Below, piece by piece: positions 1 through 9,020 of a stretch of 64,000 bases of DNA. Both the position numbers and the translations under genes were made by a program. The notes under the pieces are model-generated. The model was not told the DNA's origin and did no database searches. It worked only from the letters and a program-made list of their open reading frames with translations. Numbering within the stretch: the stretch's first letter is position 1; each line of letters opens with the position of its first letter. The DNA comes from Deltaproteobacteria bacterium (lineage in GTDB: Bacteria > Myxococcota_A > Polyangia > Fen-1088), in the NCBI GenBank assembly GCA_033763315.1, contig JANRKS010000006.1, positions 192,001-256,000 of the forward strand, given 5' to 3'.

Positions 1-1491
1 AAGCTGTCCCAACAACTGGTGATGACGCCCCAGTTGCAGCAAGCCATCAAGCTTCTGCAGCTGTCACGGGCAGAGTTGGTGGACATGGTGCGGGAGGAGT
101 TGTTGGAGAACCCGGTCCTCGAAGACCAGGTCGACACTTCTGCCGAGCACGGCAAGGGAGGGATGTCGGAAGACTCTATCTCCGCGGAACAGGCCTCGGA
201 TATGGCCGCCGAGCGGGTGGGCGAAACCGAGATGCCGATGGGCACGGCGCCCGACCGCATTGATGCCCCTGCCACCGAAGTTCAGGTGGAAACCACCTCG
301 AAAGAGGCGGTGGACGATTTTGACTGGGAGGGCTACCTCGCCAGTGAGGCCGCGGCCGCGCCCATGCCGGCCAACCGCCCCGCCAGCTCCGAGGACATGC
401 CGTCGCTGGAGGCAAACCTCACGCGCGGCACCAGCCTGTTCGACCACCTTGAATGGCAGCTGAAGTTGTCGCGCCACTTCACCCCGCAAGAAGAGGCTGT
501 GGCGCTGCTGATCCTGGGTAACCTGACGGCCGACGGGTACTTGGATGCGCCCTTGGACGAGATCGCCGAAGAGTCGGGCGTGACGCTGGAGGAGGCCGAG
601 GCCATTTTGAAGAAGGTGCAGGAGTTCGATCCGCAAGGTGTGGGCGCCCGCAACCTGCAAGAGTGCCTGCTGATTCAGGCCCGGCACATCGGGGCCGACG
701 ATGACGTGGTGGTAGGCATCATCACGAAACACCTCGGAAACATCGAAAAGCAGAACTACGCGGCCATCGCCAAAGATCTCAACGAGCCGCTCGATGAAAT
801 CTACGAGGCCGCCAAGGTGGTGCGCGGTTTTGATCCGAAGCCTGGCCGTGGTTACAGCGCCGAGGAGCCGTCCTACATCACGCCCGACATCTACGTGCAC
901 GAGGTGGGCGGGCAATACTTCGTGGTGGCCAACGACGACGGCTTGCCGAAACTGAAAATCTCGGACTATTACCGCTCGGCGATCGCCGGGGGCAACCAAG
1001 CGAAAGAATACATCCAAGAGCGCCTGCGGAGCGCTCAATGGTTGATTCGATCGATCCAGCAGCGCCAGCGCACAATCGTTCGTGTGGCCGAATCGATTTT
1101 GAAGTTCCAGCGCGAGTTCTTCGAGAAGGGGCCGGCGTTTCTGCGCCCGCTGATTCTTCGCGACGTGGCCGAAGACATCGGCATGCATGAATCTACGGTG
1201 TCGCGTGTGACGACCAACAAGTACATCCACACACCGCAAGGCATCTTCGAGCTGAAGTATTTCTTCAACTCGGGAATCGCACGATCAGACGGAGATGATC
1301 TGGCCTCGGAAGCTGTGAAGCTGAAGATCAAACAAATTGTTGGCTCAGAAGATCCCAAAGCGCCTCACTCCGATCAGAAGATCGTCGAGATTTTGGCAAC
1401 CCAAGGCATCGAGATCGCCCGGCGCACGGTGGCCAAATACCGCGAGCAACTGCGTATCTTTCCCAGCAGCCGGCGCAAAGTTCTCTATTAG
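1..1491 (+). CDS. rpoN: RNA polymerase sigma-54 factor (5' end outside window)
   Basis: Frame open from base 1 (KLSQQLVMTPQLQQAIKLLQL); HTH HESTVSRVT; RpoN box ARRTVAKYRE. Confidence 0.98.
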   Translation, partial: KLSQQLVMTPQLQQAIKLLQLSRAELVDMVREELLENPVLEDQVDTSAEHGKGGMSEDSISAEQASDMAAERVGETEMPMGTAPDRIDAPATEVQVETTSKEAVDDFDWEGYLASEAAAAPMPANRPASSEDMPSLEANLTRGTSLFDHLEWQLKLSRHFTPQEEAVALLILGNLTADGYLDAPLDEIAEESGVTLEEAEAILKKVQEFDPQGVGARNLQECLLIQARHIGADDDVVVGIITKHLGNIEKQNYAAIAKDLNEPLDEIYEAAKVVRGFDPKPGRGYSAEEPSYITPDIYVHEVGGQYFVVANDDGLPKLKISDYYRSAIAGGNQAKEYIQERLRSAQWLIRSIQQRQRTIVRVAESILKFQREFFEKGPAFLRPLILRDVAEDIGMHESTVSRVTTNKYIHTPQGIFELKYFFNSGIARSDGDDLASEAVKLKIKQIVGSEDPKAPHSDQKIVEILATQGIEIARRTVAKYREQLRIFPSSRRKVLY

Positions 1492-1501
1492 CCAACCCGT
1501 T

Positions 1502-1517
1502 TGGCGTCGTCATTGCT
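1502..1517 (+). promoter_or_regulatory. Candidate sigma-54 (-24/-12) promoter upstream of hpf
   Basis: TGGCGTCGTCATTGCT has GG-N10-GC spacing and is close to consensus TGGCAC-N5-TTGCW. Confidence 0.6.
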
Positions 1518-1644
1518 CCAGTCGCGCGCAGAAAGTGGCGATACCCTTTACAATTGTTCTGGAAAAAACTGGCCCACGGGAGTAAACACCGACGCGCCTG
1601 GTCTCTCGTGGTCCCAAGTGCCGGGTCGATTCCTCGGAGTGTCT

Positions 1645-2334
1645 ATGCAGGTCACCACCACCTTCCGTCACATGGAAACGTCTCAGCCGGTTCGCCAGCA
1701 CGCCTTAGAACGGCTGGAAAAGGTGAGAAAATATTTTACGAAAGAGCCGCTGTCGGGACACGCGGTGTTCTCGGTTGAGAACAACCACCAATACACGGCT
1801 GAATTGCAGATCACCCTGCCCAACGGCATGTTGGTGCAGGCACGTGAAACCACTGAGGACATGTACTCCTCGATCGATTTGGCGGGCGCCCGGCTTGAAC
1901 GCCAGGTGCGACGCTGGAAGGATCGGATTAGCGACCACAAGCCTCATGGCGGCCCAAGCTTCGCGGTGAAAAACCGCATCTTCTCTGCGGAGGGGATGCA
2001 CGGCCCCTACGACAAGAAGCACAACGGCAAGGCCCATGCGAAGGCAGACGCCGAGCTTCACAGCGACGGCCACAACCCGCCCGTTGCTGCAGGGAAGGCT
2101 CCCGCCGCCCCGGCGGCGCCCCCAATTAACGTGGTGCGCGAAGAGACGTTTACGGCACGCTCCATGCGGGTGGACGACGCGGTTATGCAGCTGTCGCTCC
2201 TTGAAAGCGACTTTCTTGTTTTCAGTGATGTCGAATCGGGTTTGATTTCCGTCGTTTACCGTCGTAAAGACGGCAACTACGGCTTGATCGACACCGGGGC
2301 AAAAGTTTCAACGGCTTCTGCCGAGAACGCATGA
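1645..2334 (+). CDS. hpf: Long-form ribosome hibernation promoting factor (HPF/RaiA)
   Basis: MQVTTTFRHM...EDMYSSID N-domain; C-terminal AVMQL...FLVF...VVYRRKDGNYGLI domain; GGAG before ATG 1645; follows rpoN. Confidence 0.93.
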   Translation: MQVTTTFRHMETSQPVRQHALERLEKVRKYFTKEPLSGHAVFSVENNHQYTAELQITLPNGMLVQARETTEDMYSSIDLAGARLERQVRRWKDRISDHKPHGGPSFAVKNRIFSAEGMHGPYDKKHNGKAHAKADAELHSDGHNPPVAAGKAPAAPAAPPINVVREETFTARSMRVDDAVMQLSLLESDFLVFSDVESGLISVVYRRKDGNYGLIDTGAKVSTASAENA

Positions 2335-2419
2335 GCAGCGCAGGTTCGCCATGGGTGCAGTTCAGGCAGACACTTTCACCACTTCTACAACTCAGCCTAA
2401 CCAGCCTAGAAAAAGCTGC

Positions 2420-2881
2420 ATGAAGGTCACCGACTTTCTGAGACCGGAAATGGTCATTGCCAGCCTCGCCGCCACATCGAAGGCGCAGGTGCTGCAAGAG
2501 ATGTCCGAACATGTGGCCAAGAACCAAGCGGGCATCGAAGCTCCGCGGTTGAGGAAAGTGCTGGAGGACCGTGAGTTGTTGGCCTCCACGGCCATCGGCG
2601 ACGGCATCGCAATCCCCCATGGCAAGCTGGAATCGATTCCCAATTTGATGGGCGTGCTTGGTCGCTCGCAAGCCGGGCTCGAGTTCGATTCAATCGACGG
2701 CAAACCGACGCACCTCGTATTTATGCTGGTGGCGCCGCTCAACTCAGCGGGCGTTCATCTGAAGGCCTTGGCGCGTTTGTCACGTTTGTTCCGCGACGCC
2801 ATGTTTCGGCAGCGCCTGGTGGAAGCCACCGACGCGGCCGCCATGTACGACGTCATCTGCGAAGAAGACGCCAAGTACTAG
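2420..2881 (+). CDS. ptsN: PTS EIIA(Ntr)-like protein
   Basis: RELLASTAIGDGIAIPHG phospho-His motif; FDSIDGKP; HLKALARLSR. Confidence 0.92.
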   Translation: MKVTDFLRPEMVIASLAATSKAQVLQEMSEHVAKNQAGIEAPRLRKVLEDRELLASTAIGDGIAIPHGKLESIPNLMGVLGRSQAGLEFDSIDGKPTHLVFMLVAPLNSAGVHLKALARLSRLFRDAMFRQRLVEATDAAAMYDVICEEDAKY

Positions 2882-2894
2882 CGTGGCGCCCTCA

Positions 2895-2919
2895 CCGCGG
2901 TAGCAGATTGTTGCTGCGG
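2895..2919 (+). terminator. Possible hairpin/weak terminator between ptsN and hprK
   Basis: CCGCGGTAGCA-GAT-TGTTGCTGCGG stem with several G-U pairs, followed by CCTTTGTGTGT. Confidence 0.3.
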
Positions 2920-2969
2920 CCTTTGTGTGTGCTCATGTTACAGTCGGCCACAGGAACGGAGCCATTGGC

Positions 2970-3956
2970 GTGAAGATCCCTCCTGGTCGTACTCCTCAAT
3001 TAACCGTGCGAGCGCTCCTTAGCGAGGCTTCCGGTTTGCGCATGGTTTTGCTGGCCGGTGAGTCCGGCTTGTCGAGGCCCGTCACCGTGAGCCGCATCCA
3101 AAAGCCAGGTTTGGCGTTGGCCGGCTTTGTGCGGCAGGTGCACCCTGAGCGCGTCCAGGTTCTAGGGGCGACCGAGATTTCATACTTGGCCAGCCTGCCC
3201 GAACAGGAAGCCCGCCATGGCATCGAGACCCTGATGACACTTGAGCCGGCCTGCGTGGTCGTCACAAAGGGGCTCGACGTTCCGAACGACCTTTTGCAGT
3301 CGGCCGATCAGCGCAACGTCCCGCTGCTGCGCACCTCTTTGGTGTCGTCGGTGGCGATTGAAATGCTGCAGACGTTCCTTGAAGGCCAGTTGGCGCCGTC
3401 GGTGAGTTTGCATGGTGTTCTGCTGGACGTGCTGGGTGTGGGCGTGTTGCTTTTGGGCAAAAGCTCGGTGGGCAAAAGCGAAACCGCGCTTGAGCTCGTG
3501 ATGAAGGGCCACCGCCTCGTGGCCGACGATCTGGTGGAAATTCGTCGAACGGCACAAGATCACCTGATCGGTTGGCCCTCGGAACTCATCAAACATCACA
3601 TGGAGATCCGGGGCCTCGGCATCATCAACATCAAAGACTTGTTTGGTGTGGCTGCCGTGCGCGAAGAAAAGAAGGTGGAGTTGGTGATCGAGCTTCTGAA
3701 CTGGGACGAAGCCGACGCCAGCGATCGTTTGGGTCTTGAAGAGATGGTGTTTCCCATTTTGGATGTGCCCGTGCCGTTGTTGCGCTTGCCGGTTAGCCCG
3801 GGCCGCAACGTCAGCGCCGTGGTCGAGGTGGCGGCGCGCAACCGGCTGCTGCAGGTGCAGGGGCACCATTCAGCGCGCGAGTTTCAAGAGAAGCTGGATC
3901 GGGCGTTGGCCGTGGCGATTGCGGGCAAGCACCACCACCGCGAGTCCATCGAATGA
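2970..3956 (+). CDS. hprK: HPr(Ser) kinase/phosphorylase
   Basis: LHGVLL...GKSSVGKSETALEL (Walker A), LVADD, EIRGLGIINI, PGRN; start GTG 2970 inferred. Confidence 0.95.
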   Translation: MKIPPGRTPQLTVRALLSEASGLRMVLLAGESGLSRPVTVSRIQKPGLALAGFVRQVHPERVQVLGATEISYLASLPEQEARHGIETLMTLEPACVVVTKGLDVPNDLLQSADQRNVPLLRTSLVSSVAIEMLQTFLEGQLAPSVSLHGVLLDVLGVGVLLLGKSSVGKSETALELVMKGHRLVADDLVEIRRTAQDHLIGWPSELIKHHMEIRGLGIINIKDLFGVAAVREEKKVELVIELLNWDEADASDRLGLEEMVFPILDVPVPLLRLPVSPGRNVSAVVEVAARNRLLQVQGHHSAREFQEKLDRALAVAIAGKHHHRESIE

Positions 3957-4816
3957 AGGTTGTTCTGGTGACGGGCGTCTCGGGCGCCGGCAAAACAACC
4001 GCGGTTCATGCGCTCGAGGATTTGGATTTCTACTGCGTCGACAACTTACCCATGCCGTTGGTTCAGCGGTTCGTGGAGTTGTTGGCCGGGCGGGCCGACA
4101 TCAAACGGGCGGCGTTGGTCACCGATGCGCGCAGCGGTGAGTTTCTAGCGGGCGCTTCGGGTGTGCTGGCCGAACTGCGCAAGACGGGGCACGACGTCGA
4201 GGTGTTGTTCTTGGATGCGCCCGACATCGTGCTGTTGCGCCGCTTTTCTGAAACACGGCGGCGGCACCCGCTGTCGGGTGTGGACATCCGCGCGGGCTTA
4301 CAGGAAGAGCGACGCCGCCTGGAAGAGCTGCGCCAAGAGGCCACATCCGTCATCGATACGGGAACCCTCACGGTGCACATGCTGCGGGCCTTGGTGCTTG
4401 AGCACTATGCCCAAAGCGACGGCCGCTTGGCGCTTACATTCTTATCGTTCGGTTTCAAACACGGGCTGCCCGTGGAAGCGGACATTGTTCTGGACGTCCG
4501 GTTTTTACCGAACCCGTTCTTCGTTGAGGCGCTCTCCGCGCTGACGGGACAAACCGAAGAGGTGCGCCGCTTCGTTCTGGATCGGCCCGAAGCGCAGGCT
4601 TTCATCGAGCGCGCCGAGAGCCTGCTGCGCCTGTGCCTTGAAGGCTTCTCCAGGGAAGGCAAGTCATACGCTACGGTTGCCATCGGCTGCACAGGTGGGC
4701 GTCACCGTTCCGTGGCTTTGGTGGAAGAGCTCAGCCGTCGCGTCAGCGGGCCCGATAACCAAGTGGAAGGCCTTGGCGTGGTCACGGTCCGGCACCGGGA
4801 TATGAGCAAGACCTGA
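3953..4816 (+). CDS. rapZ: RNase adapter / P-loop NTPase RapZ (YvcJ)
   Basis: TGVSGAGKT, YCVDNLP, FSETRRRHP, SFGFKHG, DVRFLPNP, GCTGGRHRS. Confidence 0.96.
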   Translation: MKVVLVTGVSGAGKTTAVHALEDLDFYCVDNLPMPLVQRFVELLAGRADIKRAALVTDARSGEFLAGASGVLAELRKTGHDVEVLFLDAPDIVLLRRFSETRRRHPLSGVDIRAGLQEERRRLEELRQEATSVIDTGTLTVHMLRALVLEHYAQSDGRLALTFLSFGFKHGLPVEADIVLDVRFLPNPFFVEALSALTGQTEEVRRFVLDRPEAQAFIERAESLLRLCLEGFSREGKSYATVAIGCTGGRHRSVALVEELSRRVSGPDNQVEGLGVVTVRHRDMSKT

Positions 4817-4888
4817 TCAGCGCCTCACGGGCTTTTTGCAGCTCGCAACATCTGCGCCGCGCTTGTTCATTGGTGTACAATGGTCGCC

Positions 4889-5341
4889 ATGTCCAGCGCG
4901 GCCAGCAAACCCAAAGTGGGGATCGTGGTTGTCACCCACGAGGGTGCGGCAGAGGCGTTGGTGATGGCGGCGCGCGCGCTGTTGGGGAATTTGCCTGGCG
5001 TCGCGGCGGTTACTTGCGCGATGGCCGACGCCTTTCCCACCCTCGTCGATAAGATCGCGCGCGGCTGCCAGTTGGTCGATGAGGGCGTGGGCGTGGTGAT
5101 GCTGGTGGATCTGCACGGCTCATCACCCTTTCACGCTTCAATGTCGCTGCTTGATGGCACGCGCGTGGCCGAGATCTTGTGTGGTGTGAATTTGCCTATG
5201 TTGATCAAGGTTTCCACGATCGACCGCACGCGCTTGACCCCCACGCAGATCGCGGAAGCCCTGCGTGACATCGGCCGCCGCTCCATCCGGATCGGATCGG
5301 AACTCACTGGACGCATTTCCTTAAGCGAGAAACTGCCATGA
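4889..5341 (+). CDS. PTS EIIA, mannose/fructose family
   Basis: GIVVVTH phospho-His, GVVMLVDLHGSSP, GVNLPML; TACAAT 7 nt before ATG 4889. Confidence 0.88.
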   Translation: MSSAASKPKVGIVVVTHEGAAEALVMAARALLGNLPGVAAVTCAMADAFPTLVDKIARGCQLVDEGVGVVMLVDLHGSSPFHASMSLLDGTRVAEILCGVNLPMLIKVSTIDRTRLTPTQIAEALRDIGRRSIRIGSELTGRISLSEKLP

Positions 5342-5640
5342 CCAACGAAACATCTGCCCCAAGCCGCGTCCTGAAGATCCGCAATAAGCTGGGCATGCAC
5401 GCACGCGCCGCCGTGAAATTCGTGCAGTTGGCCAGCAAATTTGAAAGCGAGATCTTCGTCGAGAAGGACGGCGATCAAGTCAACGGCAAGAGCATCATGG
5501 GGCTGCTCACCTTAGTGGCCGCCTACGGCATGGAGATCAAGCTCTCAGCCGAAGGGCCCGACGCCGCCGTGGCGGTGGACCAGTTGTCGGCGCTTGTCAG
5601 CAGTGGGTTTGAGGAGGGAGTGGTCGACACGGATGCGTAA
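5338..5640 (+). CDS. ptsH: Phosphocarrier protein HPr
   Basis: NKLGMHARAA (His15) and NGKSIMGLLTL (Ser46). Confidence 0.96.
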   Translation: MTNETSAPSRVLKIRNKLGMHARAAVKFVQLASKFESEIFVEKDGDQVNGKSIMGLLTLVAAYGMEIKLSAEGPDAAVAVDQLSALVSSGFEEGVVDTDA

Positions 5641-7402
5641 ACTCACGGGCGTTGCCGCGGCGCCTGGCGTAGCCATGGGCCCCGCCCACCTGTTTGGGTG
5701 GCGTATCGAGGTGCACGAGCGGCGCGTGGAGCCGAGCGAGGTGCCCGCTGAGCTCGCGCGCTTTGATCAAGCGTTGGCCGAGTCCGACGCGCAGTTGGCC
5801 CGCATTCAGGCCCAAATCGCCCAAGCCGAAGGTGACGTTCACCAGGATTACCAGATCCTTGAAGCCCACCGGCTGATGTTGAAGGACGCGCACTTGGTGG
5901 AAGAAGCCAAGCGCCTGATTCGCGACGATAGCGCAGCCGCCGAGTGGGCGGTGCGTGTGGCGCTGGACCGGATTCGCGCGGTGTTCGATCGCATCGAGGA
6001 TCCTTATTTTCGCGAACGCCGCAGCGATATTGATGCCGTGGGTGAGCGCCTCTTGCGCAACCTGCTCGAACTTCTGGATCCCGCGCAGCGCGAATACCCA
6101 CCCGGCGCCATCGTGTATGGCCACGACCTTTCCCCGGGCGACGTCACGCAGCTAGGGCGCAAGGGCATGGGCGGCTTCTTCTCGGAGGCGGGCGGCAAAA
6201 CTTCGCATTCCGCGGTTGTGTCGCGCGCTTTGGGCTTGCCTTTGGTGGTGGGCGTGCACGACATCGGCGTGAACTTGCGCGCGGGCGTCAATGTGGTGGT
6301 GGATGGCACGCGCGGCGAGGTGATCCTAGATCCCGACGCCGCCACGCTTCGCCACTATGCCGAACGCGCCACGCGCGAACGCGCACGCACAGCCTACCTG
6401 CACACGCTGCGCGCTGAGCCGCCTGTCACGGCTTGCGGAACGCACATTCACTTGGCGGCGAACGTTGAACTTTTGGAAGAAGTGCCCGCCGCCGTCAACA
6501 ACGGCGCCGAGGCGATCGGCTTGTTCCGCACAGAGTTTCTCTACATCGAGCGGCCGGATTTGCCCTCCGAACAAGAGCAATATGATCACGCTGTCACCGC
6601 GATGCGCTTGCTCGGCGAACGCGAGGCCACCTTCCGCACGCTTGATCTGGGGGGCGACAAGTTAAGCCCTTCGGTGCGCATTCCAGCGGGCGCCAATCCG
6701 GCTTTGGGTCTGCGTTCGGTGCGGTTTTCGCTGTGGCAACGGGCCGTGTTCAAAGACCAGTTGCGGGCTTTATACCGCGCCGGATCGAAGGGCCGCGTGC
6801 GCATCCTGTTTCCGTTGATCTCGGGCGTGGGTGAACTGCGGGAGGTCAAAGCGATCTGCCAAGAGGTGTGCCACGATCTGCAGCGCGACGGGATCGAACA
6901 CAATCCCCAGATCCCTCTGGGCGTGATGGTTGAAACGCCTGCCGCCGCTTTGATCTCTGACATGTTGGCGCGCGAGTGCGATTTTCTCACCATCGGCACC
7001 AACGATCTCATTCAATATTCTTTGGCCGCCGACCGGCAAGACGAACACGTGGCGTACCTTTACCAGCCGCTGCATCCTGCGATCATTCGTTCGATTCGCA
7101 TGGTGGTTGATGCGGCCCGTGCGGTTGGCAAACCTGTGGCCATGTGTGGCGATATGGCCGGCGATCCGTACCTCACCTGCGTTTTGCTGGGCATCGGCTT
7201 TCGCGATCTATCCATGTCGCCGCAACAGATACCCCTGCTCAAATCGATCGTTCGCGGTACGCGGCTTTCAGAGGCGGAAGCGCTTGTGCGGTCAATCGAA
7301 AAAATGCCAACCGCCAAAGAGGTGGAAAACGTCGTTTTCACAGAAATGAAGCGCATTTTCCCAGATTTGGCAGACCCAGACACCGGCGCCGCCGTGGCGT
7401 AG
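5633..7402 (+). CDS. ptsI: PEP-protein phosphotransferase, PTS enzyme I (no GAF domain)
   Basis: GGKTSHSAVV, GLFRTEF, NPALGLRSVR, IGTNDLIQY, CGDMAG. Confidence 0.95.
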   Translation: MRKLTGVAAAPGVAMGPAHLFGWRIEVHERRVEPSEVPAELARFDQALAESDAQLARIQAQIAQAEGDVHQDYQILEAHRLMLKDAHLVEEAKRLIRDDSAAAEWAVRVALDRIRAVFDRIEDPYFRERRSDIDAVGERLLRNLLELLDPAQREYPPGAIVYGHDLSPGDVTQLGRKGMGGFFSEAGGKTSHSAVVSRALGLPLVVGVHDIGVNLRAGVNVVVDGTRGEVILDPDAATLRHYAERATRERARTAYLHTLRAEPPVTACGTHIHLAANVELLEEVPAAVNNGAEAIGLFRTEFLYIERPDLPSEQEQYDHAVTAMRLLGEREATFRTLDLGGDKLSPSVRIPAGANPALGLRSVRFSLWQRAVFKDQLRALYRAGSKGRVRILFPLISGVGELREVKAICQEVCHDLQRDGIEHNPQIPLGVMVETPAAALISDMLARECDFLTIGTNDLIQYSLAADRQDEHVAYLYQPLHPAIIRSIRMVVDAARAVGKPVAMCGDMAGDPYLTCVLLGIGFRDLSMSPQQIPLLKSIVRGTRLSEAEALVRSIEKMPTAKEVENVVFTEMKRIFPDLADPDTGAAVA

Positions 7403-7421
7403 GGCAGGGGATGGATCCGAT

Positions 7422-9020
7422 ATGCCGAGCCTTAGCCTCAGGAAAGCCGTGTCTAAGCTGAAGCTTGCGCTCTTCATCGGCGTGATCGGCGCCGGTGGGT
7501 GTTTGCCGGATCCCGTGCCGATCGAGGGCAAGCAACTGTTTGCCGGCCGCGACATCGAGAACATGTCGTTCATCAAGGTCGCCGGCAAAACGCACGTGCT
7601 GTTTGAAACCCGTCTGTCGTTGCCCACGGCGGTGGCGAGTGGCCTGATGGATATGTGGACGGTGCCACTCGATGGCTCGGCACCGGCGAAGCGCTTCTTT
7701 GCTGGACGTGTGGAAGGCGATTGGGGCCTGATTGGGCTTGGTGGTGACGTGCCCCAATATTGGGTGGCGCGCAATGAGCGCACGGTGTCGGTTGCGCAAA
7801 GAAGCGTGCGGGTGACGGACGCGATCCGCGTGGATGTCAACGGCAACGTGCTTGAACAAGTGCGCGACGTCTTTCAATTCAGCCGGCAAGCGGATGGTTT
7901 GGTTTTTCGGCGGCCAAGCGCGAACGGCGCGGTGTTGGCGTACCACTACCGCAACAAAGCGGGCCTTGAACGCGTGCTCGACGATCTCACCGGTGGGGTT
8001 ACTTTTTCGGGCGCTGGCCTTTACTACGTGGGCGGGCCGGACCTCACTCTTTACTGGGTGCCCAATCTCATGGCGCCGGCTGAGCCCTTGCGTGCCGGCG
8101 TGACGCGCAGCCGGTTCCTGGGTGACAACCTGGCCATCATGACGGTGCCAGAGAACGGCAAGCCTGTTGACGTTCTGGTTGATTTAGGCCGCAAAACCGA
8201 GCGTAAACTGCCGGGTGCTCGCATTTGCTGCTGGCTGGACGTGGGGGCCAACCGAGACATTTGGCGCTACGCCGAGTCACGCAACGGAATGATGCCGGCC
8301 GTCTACCACGAGTACAACTACCGCACAGGTGAGCATCAGGAGCGACCGCTACCGGCGGCCCTCACAGATCTGATTCGGATCGTGCCGCGACCGAACAGCG
8401 ACGCGTCTTTGTTGTTTGATAGTGCTGGCAACCTGGCGATCGACGATCCCGCACGCGAGCCACGTGCCTTTTCGATACCTTTGCGAGCGCCGTCCCCAAG
8501 GTTTTCAGACGATGGCAAGTTCTTACTTTACGTTCGACCCACGTCGCAGGTGCCGTCGCCCGAGGGGCCTCTGTTCATTCAAGACTCAGACTTCGCGGCT
8601 CCAGAGCGCCAGGTATCGCCATTGGGCACCACGCTCCTGTTGAGCAGCTTCTTCACACTTGAAGAGCCGGCGCCGCCTTTGGTTGTGTTCTGGGCGCGCT
8701 TCGGCAAGGGTGCCAGTGACTTGTATTTCGCGGATTTCACCCAGCCTATGGTGACCCGCGTGGCTGAATCCATCCGCGACGTTTCCGTCACCCGCGAGCG
8801 CGTTGTGGGCATCGTGCGCACGTCGTTGCAGGATTTGGTGGGCGACTTGGTGATCAAGGATCTTGTCCTTGGCACAGAGACGATCGTTGGTCGCAGCGTC
8901 GACAGTTACATTCTCACCGACGACAGCAAACGCAACCTGCTGCAAATGGTGTATGTGCTTCGAACGCGCAAAACGGCCGACGTTGAAGGCCTTTGGCTTG
9001 CGGAGCTGCCACCGCCGTGA
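7422..9020 (+). CDS. Uncharacterised lipoprotein, probably beta-propeller-like
   Basis: Signal peptide ending in lipobox-like GAGGC; beta-rich; PRFSDDGKFLLY (TolB/PD40-like); GTGA overlap with downstream receptor. Confidence 0.65.
   Translation: MPSLSLRKAVSKLKLALFIGVIGAGGCLPDPVPIEGKQLFAGRDIENMSFIKVAGKTHVLFETRLSLPTAVASGLMDMWTVPLDGSAPAKRFFAGRVEGDWGLIGLGGDVPQYWVARNERTVSVAQRSVRVTDAIRVDVNGNVLEQVRDVFQFSRQADGLVFRRPSANGAVLAYHYRNKAGLERVLDDLTGGVTFSGAGLYYVGGPDLTLYWVPNLMAPAEPLRAGVTRSRFLGDNLAIMTVPENGKPVDVLVDLGRKTERKLPGARICCWLDVGANRDIWRYAESRNGMMPAVYHEYNYRTGEHQERPLPAALTDLIRIVPRPNSDASLLFDSAGNLAIDDPAREPRAFSIPLRAPSPRFSDDGKFLLYVRPTSQVPSPEGPLFIQDSDFAAPERQVSPLGTTLLLSSFFTLEEPAPPLVVFWARFGKGASDLYFADFTQPMVTRVAESIRDVSVTRERVVGIVRTSLQDLVGDLVIKDLVLGTETIVGRSVDSYILTDDSKRNLLQMVYVLRTRKTADVEGLWLAELPPP

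Noticed and set aside
64-1239. 391-aa minus-strand ORF, and similar long antisense ORFs (22051-23196, 50553-51866, 52035-52994)
   Set aside because: They are antisense shadows of well-supported genes in GC-rich DNA and carry no recognisable motifs
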